Source: Dehalococcoidia bacterium
GTDB taxonomy: Bacteria; Chloroflexota; Dehalococcoidia; Lucifugimonadales; Australimonadaceae
Length of the DNA stretch: 64,000 bases
Direction of reading: 5' to 3'
Assembly: GCA_963668465.1 (NCBI GenBank)
Contig: OY764542.1
Span: forward strand, 2,688,520 to 2,752,519
The stretch's first letter is position 1. Each line of letters opens with the position of its first letter. Of the stretch, positions 19,225 to 27,269 are shown piece by piece. Below the pieces are notes generated by a model. It was not told where the DNA came from, ran no database searches, and saw nothing but the letters and a program-made list of their open reading frames with translations. The position numbers and the translations under genes were made by a program.

Positions 19225-20100
19225 ATGTCGAAAGTAATCACCGGCGCATCCGTTGTTGTGGCTGTCATCGCCCTGGCCGTGGCGGTCTTTGCGCTGACGA
19301 GCAGCGATTCCGATGAAACCGCCCCGACGAAGGCGGACCGTGCCGCATACACGGTCGCGTACGTGGACGAAGTGCTGCGCCGATACGAAGAGGACGGTCT
19401 CGACTCCACGATTGCGTATTACAACTCGCAGGAGAGTGTGGACGGGCCGTGGTACGGGATCATCATCGATGAGAATGGGTACACCATAGGCCACCCGCGC
19501 GAGGAGATCCGTGGGCGCGACCCGAACCTGCGCGTGGACGCGACCGGCTACTTCTACGGTGACGACCTGCTGGGTGTGGATGAGGATGGCGGCTGGGTGA
19601 ACTACGTCTTCCTGAACCTGGCCACGGGTAATCAGGAGATGAAGCACACGTGGGCCGTGAAGCGTGACGGGATCCTCTTCGCTTCTGGCTGGTACGAGCG
19701 TTACATCGGTGCACCGCTGAGCAAGTCAGACCCGGCGGGGTACACGGTCGCCTTCGTGGAGCAGGCTGTAGACCGCTATGAGCGTGAGGGGCGCGAGGCG
19801 TCGTTCGCGTACTTCGACAGCGAGGACAGCGAGGACGGGCAGTGGTACACGTTCGTCCTCGAGGACGGGCGCATCACCGCGCATCCCACGGCGGACCTGC
19901 GGGGCGAAGAGGTTGCGCCCTTGACCGACGTCAACGGGTACAACTACGGGCCCGACCTTCTGGCCGTGCCGGAGGAAGGCGCCTGGATCACGTACGTCTT
20001 CCCCAACCGGGAGAGCGGCCGGGACGAGCGCAAGCACACGTGGGTGGTGCTGCACGACGGACTGCTGTTCGGCTCCGGCTGGTACGAGCGCGACTACTAG
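19225..20100 (+). CDS. membrane-anchored protein with two tandem Cache-like (sCache_2-type) domains and no output domain
   Basis: N-terminal TM helix, then an internal duplication (AYTVAYVDEVLRRYEEDG...KHTWAVKRDGILFASGWYE / GYTVAFVEQAVDRYEREG...KHTWVVLHDGLLFGSGWYE). Confidence 0.6.
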   Translation: MSKVITGASVVVAVIALAVAVFALTSSDSDETAPTKADRAAYTVAYVDEVLRRYEEDGLDSTIAYYNSQESVDGPWYGIIIDENGYTIGHPREEIRGRDPNLRVDATGYFYGDDLLGVDEDGGWVNYVFLNLATGNQEMKHTWAVKRDGILFASGWYERYIGAPLSKSDPAGYTVAFVEQAVDRYEREGREASFAYFDSEDSEDGQWYTFVLEDGRITAHPTADLRGEEVAPLTDVNGYNYGPDLLAVPEEGAWITYVFPNRESGRDERKHTWVVLHDGLLFGSGWYERDY

Positions 20101-20114
20101 GAACCACGCTCGCT

Positions 20115-20152
20115 CTCTTCCCCCTTGATGGGGAAGGTTAGGATGGGGGTGA
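20115..20152. repeat. REP family D (CCCTTGATGGGG...GGATGGGGGTGA type)
   Basis: ctcttcccccttgatggggaaggttaggatgggggtgag. Related copies at 46476-46520 and, inverted, at 62007-62053. Confidence 0.8.
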
Positions 20153-20791
20153 GCCGGCGAAGCCGATGTCTGCCTCGTAGGCGGACATGATTTCCGCTGC
20201 GAACTCCTGCAGCGACTCGAACGGGGCCGGGCCGGGGGGCATATCCTCCTCGTCCGGCTCCTCTTCATCGAGTTCCCCTACTGCCTCTTCCTGCGCGCGG
20301 TTGAACGCGTTGCGCAGCACGAGCGCGGCTGAGCGGCGGACGCGCGCGAGGATGAGGCCGTACTCGAAGCTCATGCTGAGCGCGTTCTGCGCCGTTTCGA
20401 GGTCGGCGTGCTCAGCCTCTTCCAAGGCCTTCAGGAGGTCGTCGATGAAGTCCTCAGGCTCCAGCGGCTCGGTGGAGCGCCGGGCGGCGTCGGCGTGCTG
20501 CTCCAGCGGCTCCCGGCACTCCGCGACGATGTGCTCCACGACGTTCGGGTGCGTCTGCTCCAGCACCGGTTCGATGCGGTCGGGGAAGTCCACGCCTACG
20601 GCGCAGCCGAGCGCGAACGCGGCTACGGCAGCCTCGGAGAGCGGGCCGCTGTCGAAGAACGGCTCGCCGTCGTGGTCGTGCGGGGCGAGCCCTTCCAGGT
20701 AGAAGACGACGACAACGTCGGTGAATGCGGCAGGACCTTCCGGGCCGCCGCCACTGCTGACGGGCTCCAGCGGGATGATGCGGTCCGCCAC
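20138..20791 (-). CDS. hypothetical acidic protein
   Basis: 217-aa ORF with strong GC3 bias, starting 5 nt after the mdh stop. I recognise no motif. Confidence 0.55.
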   Translation of the reverse strand: MADRIIPLEPVSSGGGPEGPAAFTDVVVVFYLEGLAPHDHDGEPFFDSGPLSEAAVAAFALGCAVGVDFPDRIEPVLEQTHPNVVEHIVAECREPLEQHADAARRSTEPLEPEDFIDDLLKALEEAEHADLETAQNALSMSFEYGLILARVRRSAALVLRNAFNRAQEEAVGELDEEEPDEEDMPPGPAPFESLQEFAAEIMSAYEADIGFAGSPPS

Positions 20792-20795
20792 GGCG

Positions 20796-21746
20796 TCAGC
20801 CAGCGGGCGCGTTCGCCATCACGTCAACGAGCTCGCGCACCCCGTCGGCGGACTTCTCGAGCAGCGCCTTCTCGTCCGCGGTGAGGTCGAGTTCGACGAC
20901 GCGCTCGACGCCGTCAGCGCCGAGGATGACCGGCACGCCCATGTAGATGCCGTCGATGCCGTACTCGCCCTCGAGCAGTGCGGCGCAAGGCAGCAGGCGC
21001 TTCTGGTCCAGCAGGATGGCGTCCACCATCTCTGCCGATGCGGCGGACGGAGCGTAGAACGCGCTGCCGGTCTTCAGCAGCGCGACGATCTCGCCGCCGC
21101 CGCCCTGGGTGCGCTTGATGATGCGGTCCAGCGCCTCGGCGTCCAACAGCTTGCTGATGGAGACGCCGCCGACGGTGGTGTACTGCGTGAGCGGCACCAT
21201 CTGGTCGCCGTGGCCGCCGAGGACGTACGCCTGCACGTCCTTCACCGAGACGCCCAGCTCCCACGCGAGGAACGTGCGGAAGCGGGCGGTGTCCAGCACG
21301 CCGGCCATGCCGACGACGCGGTTCTTCGGGAAGCCCATTCCGGAGGCTATGGAGTAGGCGTGCTGCACCATCGCGTCCAGCGGGTTGGAGACGACGACGA
21401 TGACCGCGTTGGGGGAGCGGGGCGCCACTTCCGACACCACCGACCCCACGATCTTCATGTTCGTGAAGAGCAGGTCGTCCCGGCTCATGCCTGGTTTGCG
21501 GGCGATGCCCGCCGTGATGACGACAACGTCCGAGTCGGCGGTCTCATCGTAGCCGTTCGTGCCCACGATGGAGCCGTCGACGCCCAGCACCGGGCCGGAC
21601 TGGGCGAGGTCCAGCGCCTTGCCCTGCGGCATGTCCTCGACGACGTCAACGAGGACGACGTCCATGTAGCCGCGCTCGAAGAGGCGCTGTGCGGTGGTTG
21701 CGCCGACGTTTCCCGCGCCGACGACGGTTACTTTCTTACGTGCCAT
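20796..21746 (-). CDS. mdh: malate dehydrogenase (LDH-like family)
   Basis: [25 protein letters not shown] fold, [13 protein letters not shown] and LGGHGD motifs. Confidence 0.93.
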   Translation of the reverse strand: MARKKVTVVGAGNVGATTAQRLFERGYMDVVLVDVVEDMPQGKALDLAQSGPVLGVDGSIVGTNGYDETADSDVVVITAGIARKPGMSRDDLLFTNMKIVGSVVSEVAPRSPNAVIVVVSNPLDAMVQHAYSIASGMGFPKNRVVGMAGVLDTARFRTFLAWELGVSVKDVQAYVLGGHGDQMVPLTQYTTVGGVSISKLLDAEALDRIIKRTQGGGGEIVALLKTGSAFYAPSAASAEMVDAILLDQKRLLPCAALLEGEYGIDGIYMGVPVILGADGVERVVELDLTADEKALLEKSADGVRELVDVMANAPAG

Positions 21747-21769
21747 GTTCCTTGTCCTGGTTCCTCGGT

Positions 21770-21815
21770 GTCTGATCCCCTCTCCCTACAAGGGGAGAGG
21801 GTTAGGGTGAGGGTA
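21770..21815. repeat. REP family D variant (GGGGAGAGGGTTAGGGTGAGGG type)
   Basis: ctgatcccctctccctacaaggggagagggttagggtgagggtat, with a second copy at 41291-41330. Confidence 0.8.
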
Positions 21816-21851
21816 TCCCGGCGGGGAGGAGTGCGTTATGCAATCTCCCCG

Positions 21852-23054
21852 CTACGCGTAGACGTAGCCTTCCCACTTGCTCTTGAGGCCGGAGTCGCTG
21901 ACCGTGGCGACGATGTAGTCGCCGAACTCGCCGGTCGTCGCGCCGGTGTTGCGGCCCGTGGTAACGGCTTTGCGCTCGTACTGGCCGCAGACGTCCAGCG
22001 CCATGTTCACATTCTCCGCGAGGTCGGAGAAGCCGATGTGCTCCAGGAGCATCGCGCCTGCGCGCACCATGGAACTGGGGTCGGCGTATTGGGCGCGGCC
22101 CTCCGTCACCATGCGGGGCGCGCTGCCGTGGATGGCTTCGAACATCGCGCTGGTCGTGCCGATGTTGGCCGAGCCCGCGGTGCCGACGCCGCCCTGTATC
22201 TGCGCCGCCTCGTCGGTGAGGATGTCGCCGTACATGTTGGGGAGGGCGAGCACCTGGAAGTCGCTGCGGCGGGCGGTGTCCAGGAGCTTGGCGGTCATGA
22301 TGTCGATGTACCAGGCGTCCCAGGAGATGCCGGGGTAGTTCTCGGCGACCTCGCGGGCGACATCGAGGAACTTGCCGTCCGTCGTCTTGACGATGTTCGC
22401 CTTCGTGACGATGGTGACGCGTTCCTTGCCGGTCTTCTTCGCGTGGGCGAAGGCCGCGTCGATGATGCGGCGGGAGCCCTGGGTGGTGATAACGCGGAAG
22501 TCTATGGCGAGGTCTTCCGTGATGTTGATGCCGTTGGAGCCGAGGGCGTACATGTCCTCCGTGTTCTCGCGGAAGAAGGTCCAGTCGATGTTCTCTGCGG
22601 GGATGCGGACGGGCCGGACGTTGGCGAAGAGGTCCAGCGCCTTGCGCATGGATACGTTCGCGCTCTCGATGTTCGGCCAGCCGTCGCCCTTCTCAGGGGT
22701 GTGCGTCGGGCCCTTGAGCGTGACGTGGCACTCCTTGATCTCTTCGAGCACGTCGTCCGGGATGGACTGGAGCTTGGCGGCGCGGTTCTCGATGGTGAGT
22801 CCATCGATGTTGCGGAACTGCACCTTGCCGTTCTTCACCTCGTCGGCCAGGAGCTGTTCGAGGACGCGCTGCGATTCGTAGGTGATGGTGGGGCCGATGC
22901 CGTCGCCCCCCAGCATGCCGATGACGATGGGGTTAATCTTGGAGTAGTCGGTGGGCGCAGGGGCGCTCTTCAGGCGCTCGACGCGCTCCAATTGCTCCTC
23001 AACCAGTCCTCCGAAATGGTCTCTCGCCCTGTCGATAACGCTGTTGTCGGCCAA
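21852..23054 (-). CDS. isocitrate/isopropylmalate dehydrogenase family protein (probable isocitrate dehydrogenase)
   Basis: GMLGGDGIGPTI, SANVSMRKALDLFANVRP and NMYGDILTDEAAQIQGGVGTAGSANIG motifs; adjacent to mdh. Start assigned to TTG 23054, 6 nt after AAGGAGGTG. The longer track ORF adds a translated REP (GRDSRLRGNDG). Confidence 0.82.
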   Translation of the reverse strand: MADNSVIDRARDHFGGLVEEQLERVERLKSAPAPTDYSKINPIVIGMLGGDGIGPTITYESQRVLEQLLADEVKNGKVQFRNIDGLTIENRAAKLQSIPDDVLEEIKECHVTLKGPTHTPEKGDGWPNIESANVSMRKALDLFANVRPVRIPAENIDWTFFRENTEDMYALGSNGINITEDLAIDFRVITTQGSRRIIDAAFAHAKKTGKERVTIVTKANIVKTTDGKFLDVAREVAENYPGISWDAWYIDIMTAKLLDTARRSDFQVLALPNMYGDILTDEAAQIQGGVGTAGSANIGTTSAMFEAIHGSAPRMVTEGRAQYADPSSMVRAGAMLLEHIGFSDLAENVNMALDVCGQYERKAVTTGRNTGATTGEFGDYIVATVSDSGLKSKWEGYVYA

Positions 23055-23108
23055 ACCGACACCTCCTTCTGCTGCGATGGGCCGATTCCCGCGCCTGTCT
23101 GGGAGCCC

Positions 23109-23133
23109 GTCATTCCCGCGAAGGCGGGAATCC
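23109..23133. repeat. REP family B (ATTCCCGC-n4-GCGGGAAT hairpin)
   Basis: gtcattcccgcgaaggcgggaatcc. Other copies at 51190-51215, 60009-60031 and 61474-61497. Confidence 0.85.
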
Positions 23134-23303
23134 CGTCCCTGCGCGTCCTTGCCGGACGCAGGCGTTACGGGCCAGAGGCTCACGGGGGTCGTTTCTACAC
23201 ACGCCCGCCGGTCTCGCGCCGTTCCGGTCGGATGCGGCGATTATACGGAGGAGCAGGCGTGGCGGGCAAGCACGGAGACTCCCTGCCAGGGAACCGGCCA
23301 TGG

Positions 23304-24548
23304 CTACGCGGGCGGGGAGGCGCCGCCAACTGGCTCGCTCTGGTAGGGCATGTACCCGGCGCTGCGCACCCGCTCCCATACCTCCTCAGAGTGAACGTAG
23401 TTCCTGGTCTCGAGAGTGAGCTGGATCTCTACATTTCCCAGGTGCACCGTCGGGGCATGCCTGAGATGACCTATGTCCAGAACGTTCACCTGGCATTCGG
23501 ATACGACGCTCAGCAGTCGGCTCAACTGACCCGGGCGGTCCTCCAACATGACCCGTAGCACAAGGTAGCGCCCGGCGTGGGCGAGGCCGCTTTCCACCAC
23601 TCTCGCGATCAGGTGCGAGTCCACGTTGCCGCCGCTGAGCACCACCGCCACCTTCTGCCCGGCGACCTGAATCTTCCCTCCCAGCACCGCGGCAAGCCCA
23701 ACCGCGCCAGCCCCTTCCACAAGCAGCTTGCTCCTTTCCAGGAGAAGCATCATCGCCTGAGTGACCTCATCCTCCTCAACGACAACCGTGTCGTCCACGT
23801 AGCGCATAACCAGGGGAATGGTGAACTCCCCCGGCGTACCCACGGCGATGCCATCGGCTACGGTGGGCTCCGGCTTCACTGTGAGGCGCTGGTTGGCCTT
23901 GCTCGAGTCGACAAGGGCGGTGGCCGCTGCCACCTGCACGCCGACCACCCTGACGCCAGGCGCCGTCTCCTTTATCGCCAGGGCGATGCCCGATATCAGG
24001 CCTCCACCCCCCATGGGCACGACAACCGTGTCCAGGTCTTCCACTTGCTCGAGCATCTCCAGGCCGATCGTTCCCTGCCCCGCAATGATGGCCGGGTCGT
24101 CGAAGGCGTGGATGAAGGTCAGGTCGTTCTCCTGCATTACCCGCCTGGCGTGCATCTGGGCCTGGTCGAAATCATCGCCTTCGAGCAGCACCGTCGCTCC
24201 GTAGCCCCGTGTGGCTTCCACCTTGGGGAGGGAGGCCCCAACGGGCATCACAACGGTGCAGGGTATGCCAACATGCCCGGCCGCCAGGGCAACTCCCTGG
24301 GCGTGGTTTCCGGCACTGGCGGTGATCACGCCTCTGGCCTTCTGTTCCGGGCTCAAGGCAGCGATCTTGTTGGCAGCCCCCCTGACCTTGAAGGAACCCG
24401 CTCTCTGCAGGTTCTCTGCCTTGAGGAGAAGCTCGCACCCTGCCAGATCACCCAGCGAGCGCGCGGGTAGCATGGGTGTCTGGAGCACCAGATGCGCGAT
24501 GGAGCTCCGGGCCCGGTGGACATCCTGCAGGGTTACAGACGGTCTCAT
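23304..24548 (-). CDS. ilvA: threonine ammonia-lyase (short form with one ACT-like domain)
   Basis: 414-aa ORF. PLP lysine region SFKVRGAANK, SAGNHAQGVALAA, GGGGLISG, and a C-terminal regulatory domain. Confidence 0.9.
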   Translation of the reverse strand: MRPSVTLQDVHRARSSIAHLVLQTPMLPARSLGDLAGCELLLKAENLQRAGSFKVRGAANKIAALSPEQKARGVITASAGNHAQGVALAAGHVGIPCTVVMPVGASLPKVEATRGYGATVLLEGDDFDQAQMHARRVMQENDLTFIHAFDDPAIIAGQGTIGLEMLEQVEDLDTVVVPMGGGGLISGIALAIKETAPGVRVVGVQVAAATALVDSSKANQRLTVKPEPTVADGIAVGTPGEFTIPLVMRYVDDTVVVEEDEVTQAMMLLLERSKLLVEGAGAVGLAAVLGGKIQVAGQKVAVVLSGGNVDSHLIARVVESGLAHAGRYLVLRVMLEDRPGQLSRLLSVVSECQVNVLDIGHLRHAPTVHLGNVEIQLTLETRNYVHSEEVWERVRSAGYMPYQSEPVGGASPPA

Positions 24549-24700
24549 CCTCTACACCAGCCCCTTCGAGCGCGGTCTCTCTTCGCAGCGTAGATGGTGC
24601 ACTCCTTCGGAGTCGCCTCGCCTACCTCTCAATTCTAGGCGGTAAAGAGAGGCGCCGCCACCATTCCGGACGCTTGCATGGACGGCTGCCACTCCGGCGA

Positions 24701-24946
24701 TTAAGGCGTCGTTCAAGGCGTCAAGGTTACGAGTGAACGCGGGCCGGTTTGACGTCTTGACGCCTTGATCGGCAAGGCCGTGGCCTGCTTCCCGTACCAA
24801 GGCGTCAAGACGTGCGTATGAAGTGTGCGCCACAACCCGATCCAAGATCCGAGCCTTACGAGTGATTACAAGGGGTGTTCTGTTCTTGGATCCTTGCTCG
24901 GCAAGGCCGTGGCCTGCTTCCGCGTTCAAGAATCCAAGAACAGAAC
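24701..24946. promoter_or_regulatory. two tandem stem-loop units with unrelated stems and identical 24-nt loop core (unknown cis-element or ncRNA)
   Basis: Unit A: 16-bp perfect stem 24752-24767 / 24798-24813. Unit B: 20-bp stem with 1 mismatch, 24877-24896 / 24927-24946. Both have 30-nt loops containing TCGGCAAGGCCGTGGCCTGCTTCC. Both are preceded by TTACGAGTGA (24727-24736; 24856-24865). Confidence 0.45.
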
Positions 24947-25134
24947 GAGGAGAGGGTGTGCAATCTTTCCGTCGCAAGCCCCCGCCCATAGGCGGGCCGC
25001 AGATTCCGGCATGGCCTGCGGGCACTGCGCGTACAAAGGTCATCCATCCAGCGTAAGCGGACCGGGGCAACTGCGATAGGGGCGGGTGTCACAGCCCGGT
25101 GATGGGACGGGACGGCGGAAGGGCTGACCGTCCT

Positions 25135-25950
25135 TCAGCGCAGGCGCACCACGTTGCCGGTGATGAGGCGCGCATCGTCCGAAGCCAGGTAGGCGATGAC
25201 AGTGGCGACCTCTTCGGGCTCGGCGACGTTGAAGTGGTCCGTGCTCTCCCGCACGAAACGTCTGACTTCTTCATTCACCCAACCGGTGTCCGTGACGGGT
25301 GGGTGTACGACGTTGGCGGTGATGCCCAGGCGGGCAAGCTCGAATGCCGCCGACATGGTGAAGTTCTCGAGCGCGGCCTTGGCGGCCCCATAGGAGACCT
25401 CGCCGGGGAATCCCTCCGGACTGCCCGACGCCAGGCTGACGATCCGGCCCCACGTGGCGCCCCTCTCCGTGTGGCGCCTCGCGAACTCGGCGATCATGGC
25501 AGCTCCGCCGCGGGCGTCCACGGAGAACTGCCGGTCGAAGGTCTCGGCGGAGACCTGCTGAAGCAGGCGGTCGTACCTGTCGCGAGTCCTTGCCGTGAAG
25601 GTGTCGGCCAACCAGCCGGAGGCGTTGTTGACGAGGATGTCCACCGGCCCCAACCCGGCCTCCGCAACGTCGAAGAGCCGCCGTGGGGTCTCCGGATCGG
25701 CCAGGTCAGCCTCTACTGCCGTTGCCATCCCTCCCTTCGCCCGGATGTGGGCTATGACATCTCCGGCATCGGAGGAGCGGGCCTGTCGGTATGCCTCAGG
25801 CATGGCAGGATCGTCGATGTCAGCGAATGGGAGGTACGCCACAAGGACGCGGGCGCCGCACTCCGACAACGTACGCGCGGTCGCAGCGCCGATGCCGTGG
25901 TTGGCCCCGGTGACAATGGCGACGTGGCCGGTGAGGTCGAAGAGTGCCAT
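25135..25950 (-). CDS. SDR family oxidoreductase
   Basis: 271-aa ORF. TGANHGIGAATA cofactor motif, NNASG, and YGAAKAA catalytic Tyr-x3-Lys. Confidence 0.9.
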   Translation of the reverse strand: MALFDLTGHVAIVTGANHGIGAATARTLSECGARVLVAYLPFADIDDPAMPEAYRQARSSDAGDVIAHIRAKGGMATAVEADLADPETPRRLFDVAEAGLGPVDILVNNASGWLADTFTARTRDRYDRLLQQVSAETFDRQFSVDARGGAAMIAEFARRHTERGATWGRIVSLASGSPEGFPGEVSYGAAKAALENFTMSAAFELARLGITANVVHPPVTDTGWVNEEVRRFVRESTDHFNVAEPEEVATVIAYLASDDARLITGNVVRLR

Positions 25951-26012
25951 AGGAGTGGCTCATGGTAGTGCGGCGTCCGGCCTCGTACAAGAGCGCGCCG
26001 AAGGCAGGATGT

Positions 26013-27269
26013 TCAGGCCGCGTCAGCGAGCGTCTGGCTGACCAGCGACAGCCCGGACCGCAGCCTGTCCTGCCAGTCCGGTTGGGGATAGCGAACGACG
26101 TTCGTGCATATCCTGAAGATGCAGGCCGCCTCGCGGAAGGCAAGCTCCCGCTCGCTCCAGCCGAGCCGCTGGAGCGAAGCGCGGCGGAAGACGCCGTGGT
26201 ACGCTCCCCTCGCGCGGGCGCTCCCCTCGCTTCTGGAGTGAACCGCCCACCGCAGGTGTGCCAGGAAGTTACCCACGTCCAGCAGCGGGTCCCCCATCCC
26301 GATCTCCTCGAAGTCCACCAGCGCGACCCTGCCGTCCGGCAACGCCAGCATCTGGTCGTCATAGAAGTCGTTGTGCGCCATCCCGCTCGGCTGCCATGAG
26401 TCGATGAAAGGGGCCAATGACCGGACGACGAGTCTCAGATGGGCAAGCGCTTCCTCGTTTCCCTTGAGGGCGAACGCGATGATTCGCCTTGCGTGGCGGT
26501 ACAGTCCCGGCAGATCGAAGGGACGCCCGCCGTCTACCGGGGGCGGTGCGTTCCACAGCGTTTCCAGCCCGTCGAGCAGGACTGCGGGGTCCGGTTGGCT
26601 GCCTCGCCGGATCTGCTCTCGCAGGTTCTTGCCCGGTATCTCCGACAGCCACACCGTTCCTCCCTTGCGCCAGTGGCCCGTGATGCGGGGCACGACGAAA
26701 CCGGACGCCCCCACCAGTTCCGCGGCGCGCAGCAGCGGAGGTATGGCCGCAGGACGCATCACACGGGCGTAGAGCCTGACCTTGTCCACTCTGTGATGCA
26801 GCACGGCGCGGTTGCTGGGCCGGTAGCGGACCACCTGGACGCTGATGCGGCGCGCAGGCACTGCCATGACGTGCCGGTTGACCAGGCCGAGAGCGGTCTC
26901 CGGGTCCGCTGCCTCTTTCAGCCCAGGCAGGTAGGGATCGTCCGGGAACTGGAAGACCTCTATCGGCCGCTCCCGCCGGAGCATGACGGCGAAGTAGTCC
27001 GAGGGGATGTAGTCGTCCGCGCCCCACTCAACGACGTAGCTGACCAGCGCGCTCCTGCCGGGGGTGTGCGTGAACTGCCGTACGCGGACCTGCTCGGGTG
27101 ACACCTCGAGGTCTCCGACGTGTTCACGGTACCTTTGCCATACCCACTCCGCGTCAAAGAGGTTGGACAGATCTTCCAAGCCGGGGTCGTCGGGCGGGGC
27201 GATCTGCGGAGACAGCGGAACGGCGGCGAACGGAGCCTTCGCTCTGTTCTCAACTGTTGTTGTCGTCAC
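26013..27269 (-). CDS. aminoglycoside phosphotransferase-fold (APH/ChoK-like) kinase family protein
   Basis: 418-aa ORF. Catalytic-loop-like MAHNDFYDDQM and LVDFEEIGMGDPLLDVGNFLAHL. Its start overlaps the upstream repeat-protein gene by 20 nt. Confidence 0.78.
   Translation of the reverse strand: MTTTTVENRAKAPFAAVPLSPQIAPPDDPGLEDLSNLFDAEWVWQRYREHVGDLEVSPEQVRVRQFTHTPGRSALVSYVVEWGADDYIPSDYFAVMLRRERPIEVFQFPDDPYLPGLKEAADPETALGLVNRHVMAVPARRISVQVVRYRPSNRAVLHHRVDKVRLYARVMRPAAIPPLLRAAELVGASGFVVPRITGHWRKGGTVWLSEIPGKNLREQIRRGSQPDPAVLLDGLETLWNAPPPVDGGRPFDLPGLYRHARRIIAFALKGNEEALAHLRLVVRSLAPFIDSWQPSGMAHNDFYDDQMLALPDGRVALVDFEEIGMGDPLLDVGNFLAHLRWAVHSRSEGSARARGAYHGVFRRASLQRLGWSERELAFREAACIFRICTNVVRYPQPDWQDRLRSGLSLVSQTLADAA

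Noticed and set aside
23055-23183. N-terminal 42 codons of the 443-aa icd-family ORF
   Set aside because: This stretch translates a family B REP (GRDSRLRGNDG). A TTG with a strong AAGGAGGTG site lies at 23054, right where family homology begins.
20721-23558. 945-aa plus-strand ORF across the mdh and icd region; also 15476-17143 (minus, 555 aa) and 53485-55569 (minus, 694 aa)
   Set aside because: Same artefact. Each is antisense to a gene with unmistakable family motifs (mdh/icd, sdhA, the znuA-like gene) and has a biased, motif-free translation.
24560-24600. GAGAGACCGCG upstream of ilvA (minus strand) resembling part of a T-box sequence
   Set aside because: Only the ACCGCG half matches the T-box consensus. 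I could find no stem I, specifier loop or terminator/antiterminator arrangement.
24552-25070. 172-aa minus-strand ORF ending 3 nt before the ilvA start, considered as a leader or upstream protein with an EAGHGLA(D/E)QG internal repeat
   Set aside because: Its codon usage is poor for this genome, with many CTT, GTA, ACT, CGT, TTA, CTA, AGA and AGG codons and only about 60% G/C at third positions by my count. The repeated peptide coincides exactly with the conserved hairpin loops, and the flanking inverted repeats point to nucleic-acid structure rather than coding.
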